Below the pieces are notes generated by a model. It saw nothing but the letters and a program-made list of their open reading frames with translations, made no database searches and was not told the origin of the DNA. Made by a program: the position numbers and the translations under genes. A DNA stretch of 64,000 bases from Paramoeba atlantica (taxonomy: Eukaryota > Protista > Discosea): contig CDRNVI010000063.1 in the NCBI GenBank assembly GCA_977017575.1, forward strand, positions 372,001 through 436,000, written 5' to 3'. Positions within the stretch are counted from its first letter, which is position 1; each line of letters starts with the position of its first letter. This document shows positions 46,365 to 59,380 of this stretch, in pieces.

Positions 46365-47134
46365 TAAAACGTTCCAAAGAAGCGAATTATCATCTACTCT
46401 CGACAAACAATTATGTAAACCCGTACTTATTTCATCAAACACTCAAGATGAGATTAGCTATTGGACTGCCTAATGCTTCAAGTACAATCTCTTGCCCAGG
46501 CTGTGGGATCAGTGAATCGCCGATTGGTATAATTCCTCATGTCGCCGGATGCTCGAAATGTGCCGGAATGAATTGCACAAGAAAGCACTCACACATTGTG
46601 AGATACCTATCAAATCTGTGCGGGAAAGCAGGCCTACCATGTGCCGTGGAACCGCGTCTGTATTCCTCGTTTTTCTGCACAAAGTGCAAGTGCTCCATAT
46701 CACCAGCAGCAGCAGAGAGGCACCCATGCCGAGCTCGTCGTATACGATCTGGCCCAGATCTGGCGATAATGTGGCCAGATATTGGAGAAGTTCTATATGA
46801 TGTCACAGTTGTCCACACACTATGCAGCAGTTACCAGAAACAGACCAGCAAAGCCCTGTTAGAGAGTGCCGTAGAAAGAAAACATCGGAAATACGTTGTA
46901 GAGAAGGGATTAGAACCAGAGTATTTTCGTTGCGTCGCTTTAACGGATTGTGGAATGTTACATGAAGATACCAAGGTCTTGATCAAAGCCCTTGCAAAAC
47001 GAGCGGATTCTGACCCAAAAGTTATACGTGAAGCTTGTCAATTGGAAAATGAAAAGTTTGCGGCTTACACTATCGTATCGCAATTGCGGAACCACATGCA
47101 GGGTGAAAAATGGCTAGGTGGCATAAGCCTTTGA
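46365..47134 (+). pseudogene. F2 CCHC + RLE (continuation of 39870-41190)
   Basis: KRSKEANYHLLSTNNYVNP, CPGC..HVAGC..RKHSH, SGPDL..YDVTVVH. Confidence 0.85.
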
Positions 47135-47698
47135 AGCCAAGTAATCTTCTAGTCTCCAAAGTCAAGTCTATCTCGTATTATTCAACATGGGCACAAATAC
47201 AGGACCCAACAACAACAACATGGGCACAGATACAGGACACTAAACTCTGAGGGCTATTAAAAGGACAAAATTCCTTTTTGCTTAAGAAAGAAAGGTATTT
47301 TCTTTAGAAAAGGATTTTCTTTAGAAATGGATTTTTATATGATGAAAATCCATATGAAAAGTGGGTAGGCTTCCGGTGGGCCTAGGGGGGTGCACACCCA
47401 AAAAGAAAAAAAAATCTTCGTATAAATATACATCATCATCATACGATAATGAGAACTTGTGAAAGTAATTGAAGCATTTATATGTAGAATAAGAAGTATG
47501 CATGCTGATCGAAAAAATTATTGACCACCTATTCCACAGAACTGGGCGGGTCACGAAGACTTTTTCAAGCGTAAAAAAAAAAATTGACTTGGTTTGGGTT
47601 TGCTCGGTTTGGTTGGGCTTTTATTAGTTTACGATTTGAAATTTAAAAAAAAAAAACTCAATACTATTCCCCCCCCCCCAAAAAAAAAAAAACGTTTT

Positions 47699-47730
47699 AA
47701 CGATAAAGATACATTTTCTGTACCTTGTTG
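47699..47730 (+). other. Spliced-leader-like sequence (one substitution)
   Basis: AACGATAAAGATACATTTTCTGTACCTTGTTG following an A-tail. Confidence 0.8.
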
Positions 47731-48466
47731 CCTTTTCTTCCATACACCATCTCCTCTACAATGGGAGGGCACCCCCCTCAATCACACTCTCTCTTGTCCG
47801 CACCCCCCCTCCGTCTCTCGTCCCATCACCCTCCTGCATCGTATTCCCCCACTTCGTCCTTCCCTCTCAGCGCGCTTGTCGTTCTGCTGTTTTCCTCTCT
47901 TGCGTCCCCCACCCCCGTGCCAGCAGCCCAAAGTATTGTATACTTGCTCACGGGATGGGGGCAGAGGTCCAGACCGATGGGCTCGTGCGTCGTTTCTCCT
48001 TGTCCCCGCGTCCGTTCCGCCTCGTCTCTCTTCCCGCTTTTTGCCCTCGGCGTGACGGCGGCTATGCGTTTCGTCATCTCCACGTCTCCCACCCTCGTAC
48101 GGCAACCTAAAGTATCTGATACTGCTAACGGGGTGGGAGCGGAGGTCACCTCCACGTCTCCCACCCTCGTACAGCAACACAAAGTATCTTATACTGCTAA
48201 CGGGGTGGGAGCGGAGGTCCTGGACCACATGGGCCACAGTGCGGACGAGTCGGTCAGTAGGGACGAGTCAGTCGGAAGGGAGTAAGTGGGGGAAGGGAAG
48301 TGAATGTAGTGAGGGGAAGGAAGTAGGGGAAGGAAGGAAGGAAGGAAGTAGGGTGAAGGGTTTTAAGTGGTGGAAAGTTCGAAACGTACATAAAAACATT
48401 AGACTCAATACTACTCCCCCCAATTATATGCAAAAAAAAAAAAGTTTTAGTAAAAAAAAAAAAAAA
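47731..48466 (+). mobile_element. SL-headed non-autonomous short element derived from F1
   Basis: 72-bp tandem repeat 48078-48219 reads TLVQQHKVSYTANGVGA, like F1 THVQQPKY..NANGV; purine-rich tail and CTCAATACTACTCCCCC(A)n as at 6590-6750. Confidence 0.65.
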
Positions 48467-48734
48467 TTGACTATTGATATAAGAGTTGAAGTTTAGACGA
48501 CTGAAAGTCTATGTAAAGAAATCAACCCCTCTGGAAGTATGTTTCAGGGAACGCTCCATCTATCAAAATAGTCAATCAGATGTAGTAAGCGTATGTAAAC
48601 TGTAATGTTTAATCTGTAGAACTACAGAGCTACCGAAATATAACATCCATCATGGACAACAGAGTAAAAGACATTATCTTCACCAGTACTGTAATATCAA
48701 CTTCGCGAAGTAAGTATCAAATCTATTTTATATG

Positions 48735-49791
48735 CCTGTTCCGCAGACTTTTATTGATGGGTCCCAGCAATCTTTCATTAGCCATTTTACGACGATGCAC
48801 TATTCCACGACACGATTACCATCTGCGAGTACACAGGCAGGATGCCACACTCCATCTTGCGCAATCTTTCGAAAAAGAGGTAAATCAGGTTTTGCAAAAG
48901 TGGAGTGGAGCTGACGAAAAATCTTTACAACTAGCAATGCTTCCAAAAAAATTCGGTGGTTTAGGTATCACATCCTCGATTCTCAAACAGAAGTATTTCT
49001 TTGATGCCGCCCAAATATCTATCGAAGAGCACTCAAAGCCCAATAACGCTCCGGTAGATTACGAGGGCTGCGGCAAAGTTCAGAAGAAGAAGAAGACACA
49101 GAACCGAGGAGAAGCGACACGTAAACTCCCGAAGAAGAGATTGAGTACAGAGCATGAGTTGCAGGTCGCAGAACTGAAGAAGACTCCACATCTAGCGAAC
49201 ATTATAAATCGAAGCAAAGAGGCAAATGTACACTTAGAAAGCACAAATAACTACGTCAATCCATATTTTTTTCGCTACACGATGATGATGCGACTGGGGG
49301 TAAGTCTGCCGAAGGCGCCGTTAAACATAGTATTCCCGGGATGCTGTGGTCAGGAAACTTCATTCAGCATTATTCCACACATCGCAGGATGCTCCAGATG
49401 CTCCGGTATGAATTGCACCCGTAAGCACTCCCACATTGTTCGCTACCTCGCAGATTTGTGCTCAAAAGCAGGACTACCGTGTGTTATCGAACCCCGTATA
49501 CATTCTTCTTTCTATTGTACGAAATGCAAGTGCTCGATCTCTGCGGAGGTTGCCGACCAACATCCATGCAAAGCTCGACGAATTCGATCCGGCCCAGACA
49601 TCGCCATCATGTGGCCTCACATGGGAGAAGTCCTCTATGATTTTACTGTAGTTCACACTTGTTGCAGCAGTTATGCAAAGCAAACAACCAGTTATTTGTT
49701 GCAACAAGCCCAAGATAGAAAGTTCAAGAAGTACGTGGCAGAGAAAGGCGTGGACAGTGACTCCTTTCGTTGCATTGCCGTGACAGACTGC
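48735..49791 (+). pseudogene. F2 thumb + RLE, continued at 52966-53148
   Basis: LPKKFGGLGI, SGPDI..YDFTVVH, ends AVTDC and resumes GVLHNDTK after YR3. Confidence 0.85.
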
Positions 49792-52700
49792 TGAAAGTAT
49801 ACGATAATAATTTAACGTAGTGGAAATATTAAAAGGAGGAGAATATTGATAGAATGCATCGGCACCACCACCGGTTTTCGGTCGCGGGGGCGCTGGTCAA
49901 AGAATGTGACTACGTACGGTCCACCCCCACATTAACCAGTCTACAAGTTACAACACAAAGATACGCAAAAAACAAACACAAGTGAAGCAAAAAATGACAA
50001 GTCAAAAAGTAGTACAGAAGAGCAAAATAAAACAACAAAACAGAAGTATACAAAAAATGATAACCAAACCAAAAAAATTTACGCAAAACAAGTTAACACA
50101 AAAAAACGAAGGCAGAAGAGACACCAAAGAAAAACATTTCAAAACAAGCAATGTGAGGAGAAATCAAGCAACGAATCCGCATGCAGCGCCACATCAAAAA
50201 ACTCACTGCCAGCCCCGATTAACAACACACAACAATTTAAGCGAACCCAGGTCCCAATATACGACATACGGAGCACGAACGGAGGAGCCAGCTGCGGCAT
50301 CCTAACACATATTTTTCGGATAACGAACCCAGAAATACGGGCAGAACTCAGACATATTTGGGCCAAGAGTACTTGGGATACCCGGGCACGATTAATCAAG
50401 GATATGATCCGGCGCCGTTTGCCACTTACGGACCAATGGGTAATATTATACATAGTCCGGATTTATACTACAATGCAAACCTAATTAGTCTACCTCAAGC
50501 ACCTGATCGCTATCCTACGCCGCCTGCAGAAGCCCACTACGAAGGCCGATATGTATGCCAAAACATTAATCCGCAGGGGTGCTACGGTTCCCCGCAGACA
50601 GGCCTTACCTATAACCCGTTTCCCGCTAGACAGATTAACGCCTATCATGACACGGGAAATGGCGGCCGTATGCCATATTGCTTACAAAACGGCATCCAGA
50701 GTGGGCGAAGTTTCCAAGCTCAAACGCCAGGATTTTATTGTACGCATTAGCTCTTTGACAACACAGCAGGTTACGAAATTCCTACGGACCCACGCGGGAC
50801 AGAACTACACATCCCATTCATTGAAACATGGAGCAATACGAGGCCTTATGCAGCAAGTAGCAGAGGGACGATTGAATTTGGAAGAGGTCATGAGGGTGTC
50901 ACATCACCGCCAATTGGCAACGTTGATACGGTATGCGGGTACGAACGAAGCGACCGCGCTAGCTTTGGGAACACAAAAAGCGACACAGCGTCTTTAACTT
51001 ATGATGATTTATCTACGGGGGATTGGTTTACTCATTATGACATTCCACTACCTGGAAACAGACGTACGTTGACCCGCATTCATCGAAGGACTATATTACC
51101 GAGCCTACAGCAGCGAGACACTTATCCCCTCCATGCAACGTATGTTCCTCCGATAGACTTGGATCAAGTCAGAAAATTAATGAATGAAACATCCCGCACC
51201 CGTTTTGATGAAGTATGGCAATTGCTAACAGCTCCTGAAGTAGAACAGCCGAAACATATAAACCCTGCCTCTCAGACAACACTCTCAGTGAACGACATAT
51301 ACAAACTTTTGGAATGTGACATCATAGCACGTGTAGATGAGACAACCTTAGGGGACAACCCTACCAAAGGCACGGTGGTCCCCTTTTCTACTGTTGAGGA
51401 TCGTGAAGAACGAAAACGAAGAAGGTTTATTTGTTGGCCGACTGAGCATAATTTATCATTACGAGAGAAGTACACACCATATGTGCCGATAACACAACCC
51501 GTTCATTATGTAAGCGCCCTAAAAAATGAAGAAGCTGTGAAGCGGAATTTGCGCTGTAGGTTCTATCAAGTAGAACTTCCAGAGAGCACACGTCCCTTTT
51601 ATCGTTTTGTTTTCCAGAATCGCGTATATGAGCTTAACCGGATGCCTATGGGGCATATGTGTGCACCTGAAATTCAGCAAACCATTACGGCAGTATTAGC
51701 GGGAGACCCATCGTATTGCACTAGCCATAGCAGCAACTTACGGTTCGGTCCAGGGGGCGACCTTGACGTATACGTTGATGGTTTTCGATTTAGTGGCTCT
51801 TCCTATACATGTCAAGAATTTGAGAAGTGGATCGAAGAACGCGCTTCAAAAATTAGGGCCACCTTCAAGCAATCTGATTCTATTAGAGGAACGAAGTACA
51901 CTTTTATTGGTATTGATTTTGATCATCAGACGCAAAAATACCGATTGACAGCACGGTTCATAAGGAAATTGCCACACATTCTTCGGCATGCAATGCCTCT
52001 TCACGAGCTCGAAACCTTAACAGCAAGACTTGTGTATGGATCCGGAGTACTGAAGATCAACATGCCACGATACTACTGGGCAATTAAATTTGTTCGACGA
52101 AAGTTGTCGCAATTGAATAGAGGAAAATTGAATGACACTACGGAAATTACGTTGCCAATCAGTGTTTACAATGACCTGCACATGTGGCTAAATGAAGTCA
52201 GAGCCAACCAGTGGTACGAATATCGAGATCATACTGGAGGAACTGAGGCAGTGTTGTACACTGACGCATCCCAAGCAGGTTGGGGTGCAGTATTGTTTAC
52301 TCCCTTTGGTAAAATTTTAGGGACTGGAGCCCCATGGCCGCAGCCTACAGAAATAAATCGGGCAGAAGCCACAGCGGTTTATAATGCTTTTCACGCATTC
52401 AGGGCGCAGTGGAGCGCCGTTGACACGGTGCATCTATTGATAGATAACACTAGCGTTGTCGCAGCGCTCCGAAATGAATGGTCGAATTCGCCCTCTTTGG
52501 CAGCGGTGCTCGCAGAGCTACTTCCGCACTTGCTTCTTGACCACCGGTCTGTGATAGCTGTAGGTCAATATATCATATTATATTTAGTTTTTGTTATTTT
52601 ACTACATAAAACAGTCAAATGTCCCGGAGGAAAATTATGAAAGTATACGATAATAATTTAACGTAGTGGAAATATTAAAAGGAGGAGAATATTGATAGAA

Positions 52701-52965
52701 TATCGTTTTACATTATTGTTAAATTCTTACTCGTTTTATTGCTAAAGGGATATTTTGTGGGCCCACCCACCTCCCCACACCAAGTGCCGGCGAATTCCCA
52801 CTCGTAAGTTAGCAAGTAATAATTTTATTCAGATGCAACCTTTATAGGAGTACAATGCGATTTCAAGGTATAAAGTCTGTGATAGCTGTAGGTCAATATA
52901 TCATATTATATTTAGTTTTTGTTATTTTACTACATAAAACAGTCAAATGTCCCGGAGGAAAATTA
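49792..52965 (+). mobile_element. YR retrotransposon YR3, internally deleted, inserted without TSD
   Basis: A start TGAAAGTATACGATAATAATTT at 49792 and 52638; B end GGAGGAAAATTA at 52637 and 52965; YR remnant 50551-50997; RT-RNaseH 51069-52545 (YVDG, LYTDASQAGWG). Confidence 0.85.
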
Positions 52966-53257
52966 GGTGTGTTACACAACGACACGAAACACCTTCTAAA
53001 AGCGTTGTCACAGCGTGCAAACCAAAAATATGAGAATGTGCGTGACGCTTTCCAGCTCGAACTCGAAAAGCTATCGGCATACACCGTAGTATCACAGCTC
53101 CGGGAATACATCCCTGAAGAAAAGTGGATTGGAGGAATGAAACAATAGCATAAAGCCTTTCCTCACATCTGGTCGTTTCCGCCGTATGTTTTAATTAATA
53201 TTATTTCATCTCATCTCCTCTTCTGAAAATTGGTATTGGAGCATACAGTGTAAGTTA

Positions 53258-53259
<2 letters not shown>

Positions 53260-53293
<34 letters not shown>
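53260..53293 (+). repeat. (TAC)n microsatellite
   Basis: About 11 TAC units. Confidence 0.9.
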
Positions 53294-53419
53294 GAAGCAT
53301 CCGTATATATCTGGGTATTTACTATTATCTTATATATCCTTGTTAGGTTGTTATTTTACTTCGCTTTAAGTTTTTGGGCAGGTTGGCCGAGGGTTCCGGT
53401 GGGGGGGAATCCCGTTCTC

Positions 53420-55241
53420 AGTATTCAATTCACCGGACAGAAAGGACATTGCTCGTCACGTGTTTGCTTTTGCTACACTCCGTCCTTTTCAGCGGTTTTT
53501 CTTTTTTGAATATTCCCAAGCTTCGGAACTGTTGTACTTTGGATCTGAAGGTAGGTTCGTTGAGGCGATACCCAGCACTGCGGGGTTAAGACAAGGATCT
53601 CCTTTGGCTACTCTCTACTTTTGCGCCTACCTACAACCCATACTCGAAAGAATAGCGCATGAGTTTCCAGAGGTCACGGTCAACGCATTCATTGATGATA
53701 TTACCCTCGCTTCTAAAAATCCAGAAATGCTTGCAAACGCATTTACAAGCCTGAGAGATCTATTGACGGAGAAACGTTTAGAATTATCAACCGAGAAATG
53801 CGTCTGGTTCGGTGGAATCTACAAGACCATTCCGCAGACACTTAGAAAGGAAGGAGTGCAAACAGATTTTTTTTTTACGGAGAGTCCCTTTTACCACTTC
53901 GGCGAACAGTTGTGTTATTGCTTTTTTTTTTATACAAATTTATGATTTTGATAACAATAATAATAAAAAGAAGCAATTTATGCCCTTTATGCCCCCCTTT
54001 TTTTTTATTTTTTGCAGTAAATAGGGGGGGAGGAGTATGAAATGGGGGCGAGCAATCTGTCCTCCCTTATTTTATCCAAGAGTGTTAACGTGCGTCATCG
54101 ATTTCATATCAGAGTTCACAAACCCCAAGCTACGGAAAAAATTGCATCTGAGTTCGACATGGAAGTCGATAAAGTCCTGAAGACGTGGTTTGGTAATTTA
54201 GCCGATTCGCAAATAAAATGGGCGAGAATGCCGCTGAAACTGGGGGGTTTTGGTCTGTCGTCAACTTATGCACTACGGGAAAATTCATATGAATCTTCTT
54301 GTCACGCATCCTTAGAGCGCCGAAAACTATATTCTGCTCAGGATGGGGGACGTGTGGAGGTGTCGCTTTCGAAGGTCATACCGGACGAAGAGGAGGCAGT
54401 GGAACTTAAGTTACACAAGCAAGTGAAGGAGGAACTGTGTAAGGACCCGAAAATCGGGAGGGTTATTTCGGCCACGTCAAGGAAGGGAAGTTACCAATGG
54501 TTGCACGCCACCGAAAGATACATCCCCCCAGCGCAATTTACTCTATCGGTTATGCCGAGACTCGGAATCCGTCACCCTAAGCTTCCTGACTCTCTTCTGT
54601 GCCCAGGTTGTAAGACCTTACTAAATGCAGCTAGCGCGTTGACTCACATACCTGGATGCGTGCGTTGTTCTGGGATTAACGCTACAACCAAACATAACTC
54701 TCTCACGAGGTACATTTACGAGTTATGTCTCAAAGCAGGTTTGCCATGTGCACGTGAGCCTAGAGAATTCACGACATACACGTGTTCTGCATGTTCGCAA
54801 GTGTTAAGCGAAGAAACCAAGGTCGAGCACTCAAAATTATGTCGCGGAGCAGTTTTGAACAGATCAGGCCCGGATCTTGTTATTTATTGGGCTTCCGGAG
54901 CGACGTACTATGATCTCACAGTAGTGCATGAGCTTTCGCCATCGTATGAAAAAATGTCACCACAAAAGGCTATGCAAGATGAAATACCCAGGAAACATAC
55001 AAAATATGTGAAGTCGTCGATGCTACAAAATGACCAATTTCAATGCCTGCCTATCTCATCTTGCGGAGCTCTTCACAACAACACGAAATCTCTCCTGCAA
55101 ATTCTTGCAGGAAAGGTTTATCGCGAACCGAAGGCCATTCTAAATGATTTTGTCTTGCTTCAACAAGAATTGGATGGTGCCATCCTACAGTCACAATTGC
55201 GCAGCTACTTACCGGACACGAAGGATGATTATGCGTGTTAG
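53420..55241 (+). pseudogene. F2 RT, thumb and RLE fragments
   Basis: RQGSPLATLYF, AFIDD, PLKLGGFGL, SGPDL..YDLTVVH. Confidence 0.85.
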
Positions 55242-55350
55242 TCCAGATCGGTTCTGGGCTAATACAGGGTGTATGAAAAGGAGAGTGGGAAAAACAAACA
55301 GAAAAGATAAAATAAGAAGATAATATATATATATATATATATTTATCTTT

Positions 55351-55378
55351 AACGAGATACAGTTTCTGTACCTTGTTG
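55351..55378 (+). other. Spliced-leader-like sequence (4-nt deletion)
   Basis: AACGAGATACAGTTTCTGTACCTTGTTG upstream of MPMLTRS. Confidence 0.8.
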
Positions 55379-58300
55379 AGTTTTTGCCTTTTTTTAATTG
55401 TCTTACTTTTCCATGCCGATGCTCACACGAAGCGTGGCTGCTGCGCTCGGAGTTCGACTTTCAGATCGTCCGCCTGACCCGCCGAAGCGCATAAGGTCAT
55501 GCAAGTCGAAGTCCAATGTTTTTCTCAAAACAGGAGTCTCTTCGCCAGCCAATTCGAGCACGAAAGAAACGCATCGGAAAACTTTGACAACAAATTCCAC
55601 GCAAGAATCCAATCAAGTCACAACACCGCGGCCAGAACACACACCACCGCCGCCGAACACCCCGCAAGAATCCGTTCAGATCACAACGCCGCGGCCGGAA
55701 CACACACCACCGCCGCCAAATCCCCCGCAAGAATCCGTTCAGATCACAACACCGCGGCCAGAACACGCACCATCGCCGCCAAATCCCGCACAAGAATCCA
55801 ATCAAGTCACAACACCGCGGCCAGAACGCGCACCACCGCCGCCAAATCCCGCACAAGAATCCAATCAAGTCACAACACCGCGGCCAGAACGCGCATCACT
55901 GCCGCAAAATCCCACGCAAGAATCCGATCAAGTCACAACATCGCGGCCAGAACACGCACCACCGCCGCCAAATCCCGCACAAGAATCCAATCAAGTCACA
56001 ACACCGCGGCCAGAACGCGCATCACTGCCGCCAAATCCCGCACAAGAATCGGCTCAAGCCCCATCACCGCCCCATCAACAGACAAATCCGCTGGTAGCAT
56101 CGACCAAAGACCTTGTTCGACGTAGGAAAATCTACTTCGCAAATAATGCAATGCAATCTGACGCACGCGCTGGGATCCAGCTACTCTCTAGCTTCAAAAG
56201 CACTACGATACCGCCCCCGATTTCCATACAAGAATCGAATCGAATCATATCGCGATCAGAACATGCATCATCACCGCCCAATCCCAAGGAAACGAACCGA
56301 GTCACATCAGAACACGCGCCATCGACGACGAATTCGCACCCGTGTTCTTCACTCCCCAAAAAGATTACTCCAAAAGATTTCCCAAAAAATAGTTCACGCG
56401 ACAATCAGGACCCCAACACCAGCACGACCACCACTCACCCAGCTTCTTCTGAAGCATCGAGCAATCGAACACATGCGAGCGAAACTGCATCCGAGAATGA
56501 AGTCGGGAAAAACGGACGCAAGAAACCGTCCTTTTATGACACACTTGCAGCCCACTTCCCATCGCGTTTTCCGACGCGGTTTGCACGCGATCAGCGTCGA
56601 GCTTCCTCTCCCACCACTTCGTCACGTACGTCCATACCACCCAACTCATTCCAAGAACATTCTTCTCTCGGAGGTGTGGGAAGAAAACCAGTCCCGCCAA
56701 CGCCAATTCTATCGATGAGTAAGCTATCAAAACGAAGAATGAAATTTGCGGAAAACATGACATCAAGTGCCAGCTCCATTAGACCAAATGAAACCAACAA
56801 TGATCTCCCACCTATTATTAAACATTTTCACCCTCTAGTCGCGCAAACTCCGACAAGAGGCAACGAGATTTCCTATGCGAAAGCACTTTCTCGATCACCC
56901 GGTCGATCGCCGGAAATCGCCGCAACACGAATGGCCAAAGAATCACAAACTTGCGGTACGAAACCTCCGACAGAGATCTCGACAACCGATACAATAGTAA
57001 AAGACGAAGGTCCTGCAAAAATGGACTTACCGGAGCGAGTAAGGGCGCTGTCAATTGAAGAAATGCAAACTCAATCATCGGAAGACTTCCCGAAGCACGT
57101 GGTCCCGAAGGCGACGCGTTCAGTACACGAAAAACAAAATCAAGTAACAGTGGACTCACCGACACCAACGAAATCGCCGACAGACAGCGAAAGAGAAGCT
57201 CCAATGACGCCAGACTGGACAAACCACGATATCGATATCATAACAAACCGTGCCACCGAATCGGATCCACGGATGGAAGACATCGAAACGCCAACAAAAA
57301 CAACACAAACGATTGATTCCTCCCCACAAACTTTCGAATTTCATGACTGTGAATCCTCTGTTTTCCGAACAATTCGATCAGGAACACATTTTGTGTCATG
57401 ACGATTCCGTACCTGAAACATTCAACCCACAGGCATCAACTTCACCAAACAGATGTGAAAACAACGACACAGTCTTGAGCTGCGACACAATAGAGCTAAT
57501 AAAAACTATCAACCCTACAACAGATTTTCCGATCCCAAGTCACGAAATATGGAATAGCTCTCGATGTGCTAAGGCTGGGGCAATATGCACTGTTGTTTGG
57601 GCATTCGACCGAAATACAGACCTAAATGTCTCCGCCGGAAAGGTCACAAGAAACAGCAAAGCGCAAGGGAAAGTGAACTTGATCTACACCGGGATTCACG
57701 GATACATGGTTGGAGAGGAATTTCGAGGCAGCTTGCCACCGATAGAGAATATACGCATTTACCGAATCATATGGCAACAAAACGCTCCGAGCGTGGAAAT
57801 CAGTTCCAGTGCAGAAACTCTTCCAAACGAACAACAGTGCGAGTGTACAGCGCAACAAATAGCGTTTCAGGAAAACCTAATAATCCCAAACAATGCGTCA
57901 GGGAACATCGACTACGAGCCAATCCCTACTCTGAGATCTTTCACTCAAGAAATGATTCCGTGTGTCGTTGCAACCTATCGAGACATACTACACGGCTACA
58001 TAGAAAGCGATTTTCCCCAACGAACTAGCATATGGCACCGTTTGTTATCCGCCATGAAATTATCGCTAGCAGCAGCTAGAGTTGCGACGGGAAGAGCTAG
58101 ACGCCGGCGACCCACGACGAAGAAAGATGACGAAACACAGAATGACACCCAACAGAACGCCAATGAAAACAAAGAAGAACACGTGAGCGACACAAGGGCC
58201 ATCAAGCGTGCCACAAGACTAGCCCTGGAAGGGTGTGCATCTAAGGCAGCTAAAGTGTTGGACCGTGAATTCAAGAAAAATGAATTAAGCAATGAAGAAA

Positions 58301-58386
58301 CGCTAAGCAAGCTGAAGGAATTACACCCGCAGGAAAAAATTTGTTTCCCGCTCCCCTCGGATGCTCTAAAACTCTTGGAAATGTAA
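55379..58386 (+). pseudogene. SL-headed F2 element, long N-terminal region, truncated before RT
   Basis: ORFs 55398-57401 and 57250-58386 (beta-domain, YEPIPTLRS, DTRAIKRATRL) homologous to 32030-33805. Confidence 0.8.
55602..56050 (+). repeat. 63-bp coding tandem repeat x7 (QESNQVTTPRPEHAPPPPNPA)
   Basis: CAAGAATC recurs every 63 bp from 55602 to 56043. Confidence 0.9.
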
Positions 58387-58566
58387 TTGGACCTTTGTAC
58401 TAGTGTCAGGAATTAAGGAAAACATGAAGGACTTATTCGTGAACTACGGTATGATATTATTTGCAAAATTAGACAGACTTTTCTTATTTGTATTTCGCAC
58501 GAATAAAAGTGGACTTCGAGTCACTCACTTCCAGATGTTTTCCTCACCGAACAGGTCAATACAGTC

Positions 58567-59380
58567 GTGGAAAAGCTAACGCGTGCACTTGAAAAAGTCA
58601 CTTCGAAGGTTGATGCGATGGAGGAGCGTGAACGGAAAAGACGAAAAGAGACAAACATTACGGATCCATCTGCACCGCGACACGGACAAGCACCTGGGAA
58701 CACCTTATGTCCTCTTCCAACCTCCTTGAAAAAGAGATGCAGTGTGCCAGAAGAGCTCAACAAGCAATACGCCGCACAAAGGGTTATGCTCCCAGAGGAA
58801 GTAGAGAGTCAAGTCAATGAGGTTATGGCGACCATGCAACAGAATGACATAGAAGTCGAAGTAACCTGGTTCCCCGTTGGAGGTAGGAAAGAGACAGCGA
58901 CAACATGGCGAGGTACGGTAGAGGACAATGGAGACGAGGAAAATCCTATCATTGTTTCCTACCCATGGGGTAACTATCCTCTGCCTAATAGCAACGTGTG
59001 TTATACGCGCATCGTGATATCAGCAAGTGAGCCAAAGATGCCAGGCAAATTGCCCGAATCGGACGATGAAACTGCACCATCAGAAGAGACGAACGACAGT
59101 TTCAACCCCCGGGACGTTACAACATGGAACACATACATTACCCAGGGGCCACTAGGGATTGAAATATTGAAACAGCGGTTGCGAACGGCGCTGGATCTCC
59201 CTTCTCGAATGTCACCACAGCTACAAGCCCTTTGGGATATCTTGTGTGCTTGGATAGACGATAGCGCAGAAAGAGGGGGCGTGAACAGCGACGCCGTCAA
59301 TCACAAAAACGTCGGCCAAAGCACAGTTGACCAGATACGCATTCTGCAAGGAATATATCGAGGAGCAGATGCTCGATATA
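58567..59380 (+). pseudogene. Gag-like ORF of a retroelement, cut by Tc1
   Basis: Coiled-coil start, VEVTW..WRGTV..VSY..LP beta-domain, FNPRDVTTW resembling YR1 gag YEPITFTPW; inferred by eye. Confidence 0.5.

Noticed and set aside
6761-55378. SL-like sequences as genuine SL RNA genes
   Set aside because: None is followed by a GT donor, intron or Sm-site region; each runs into a different element UTR
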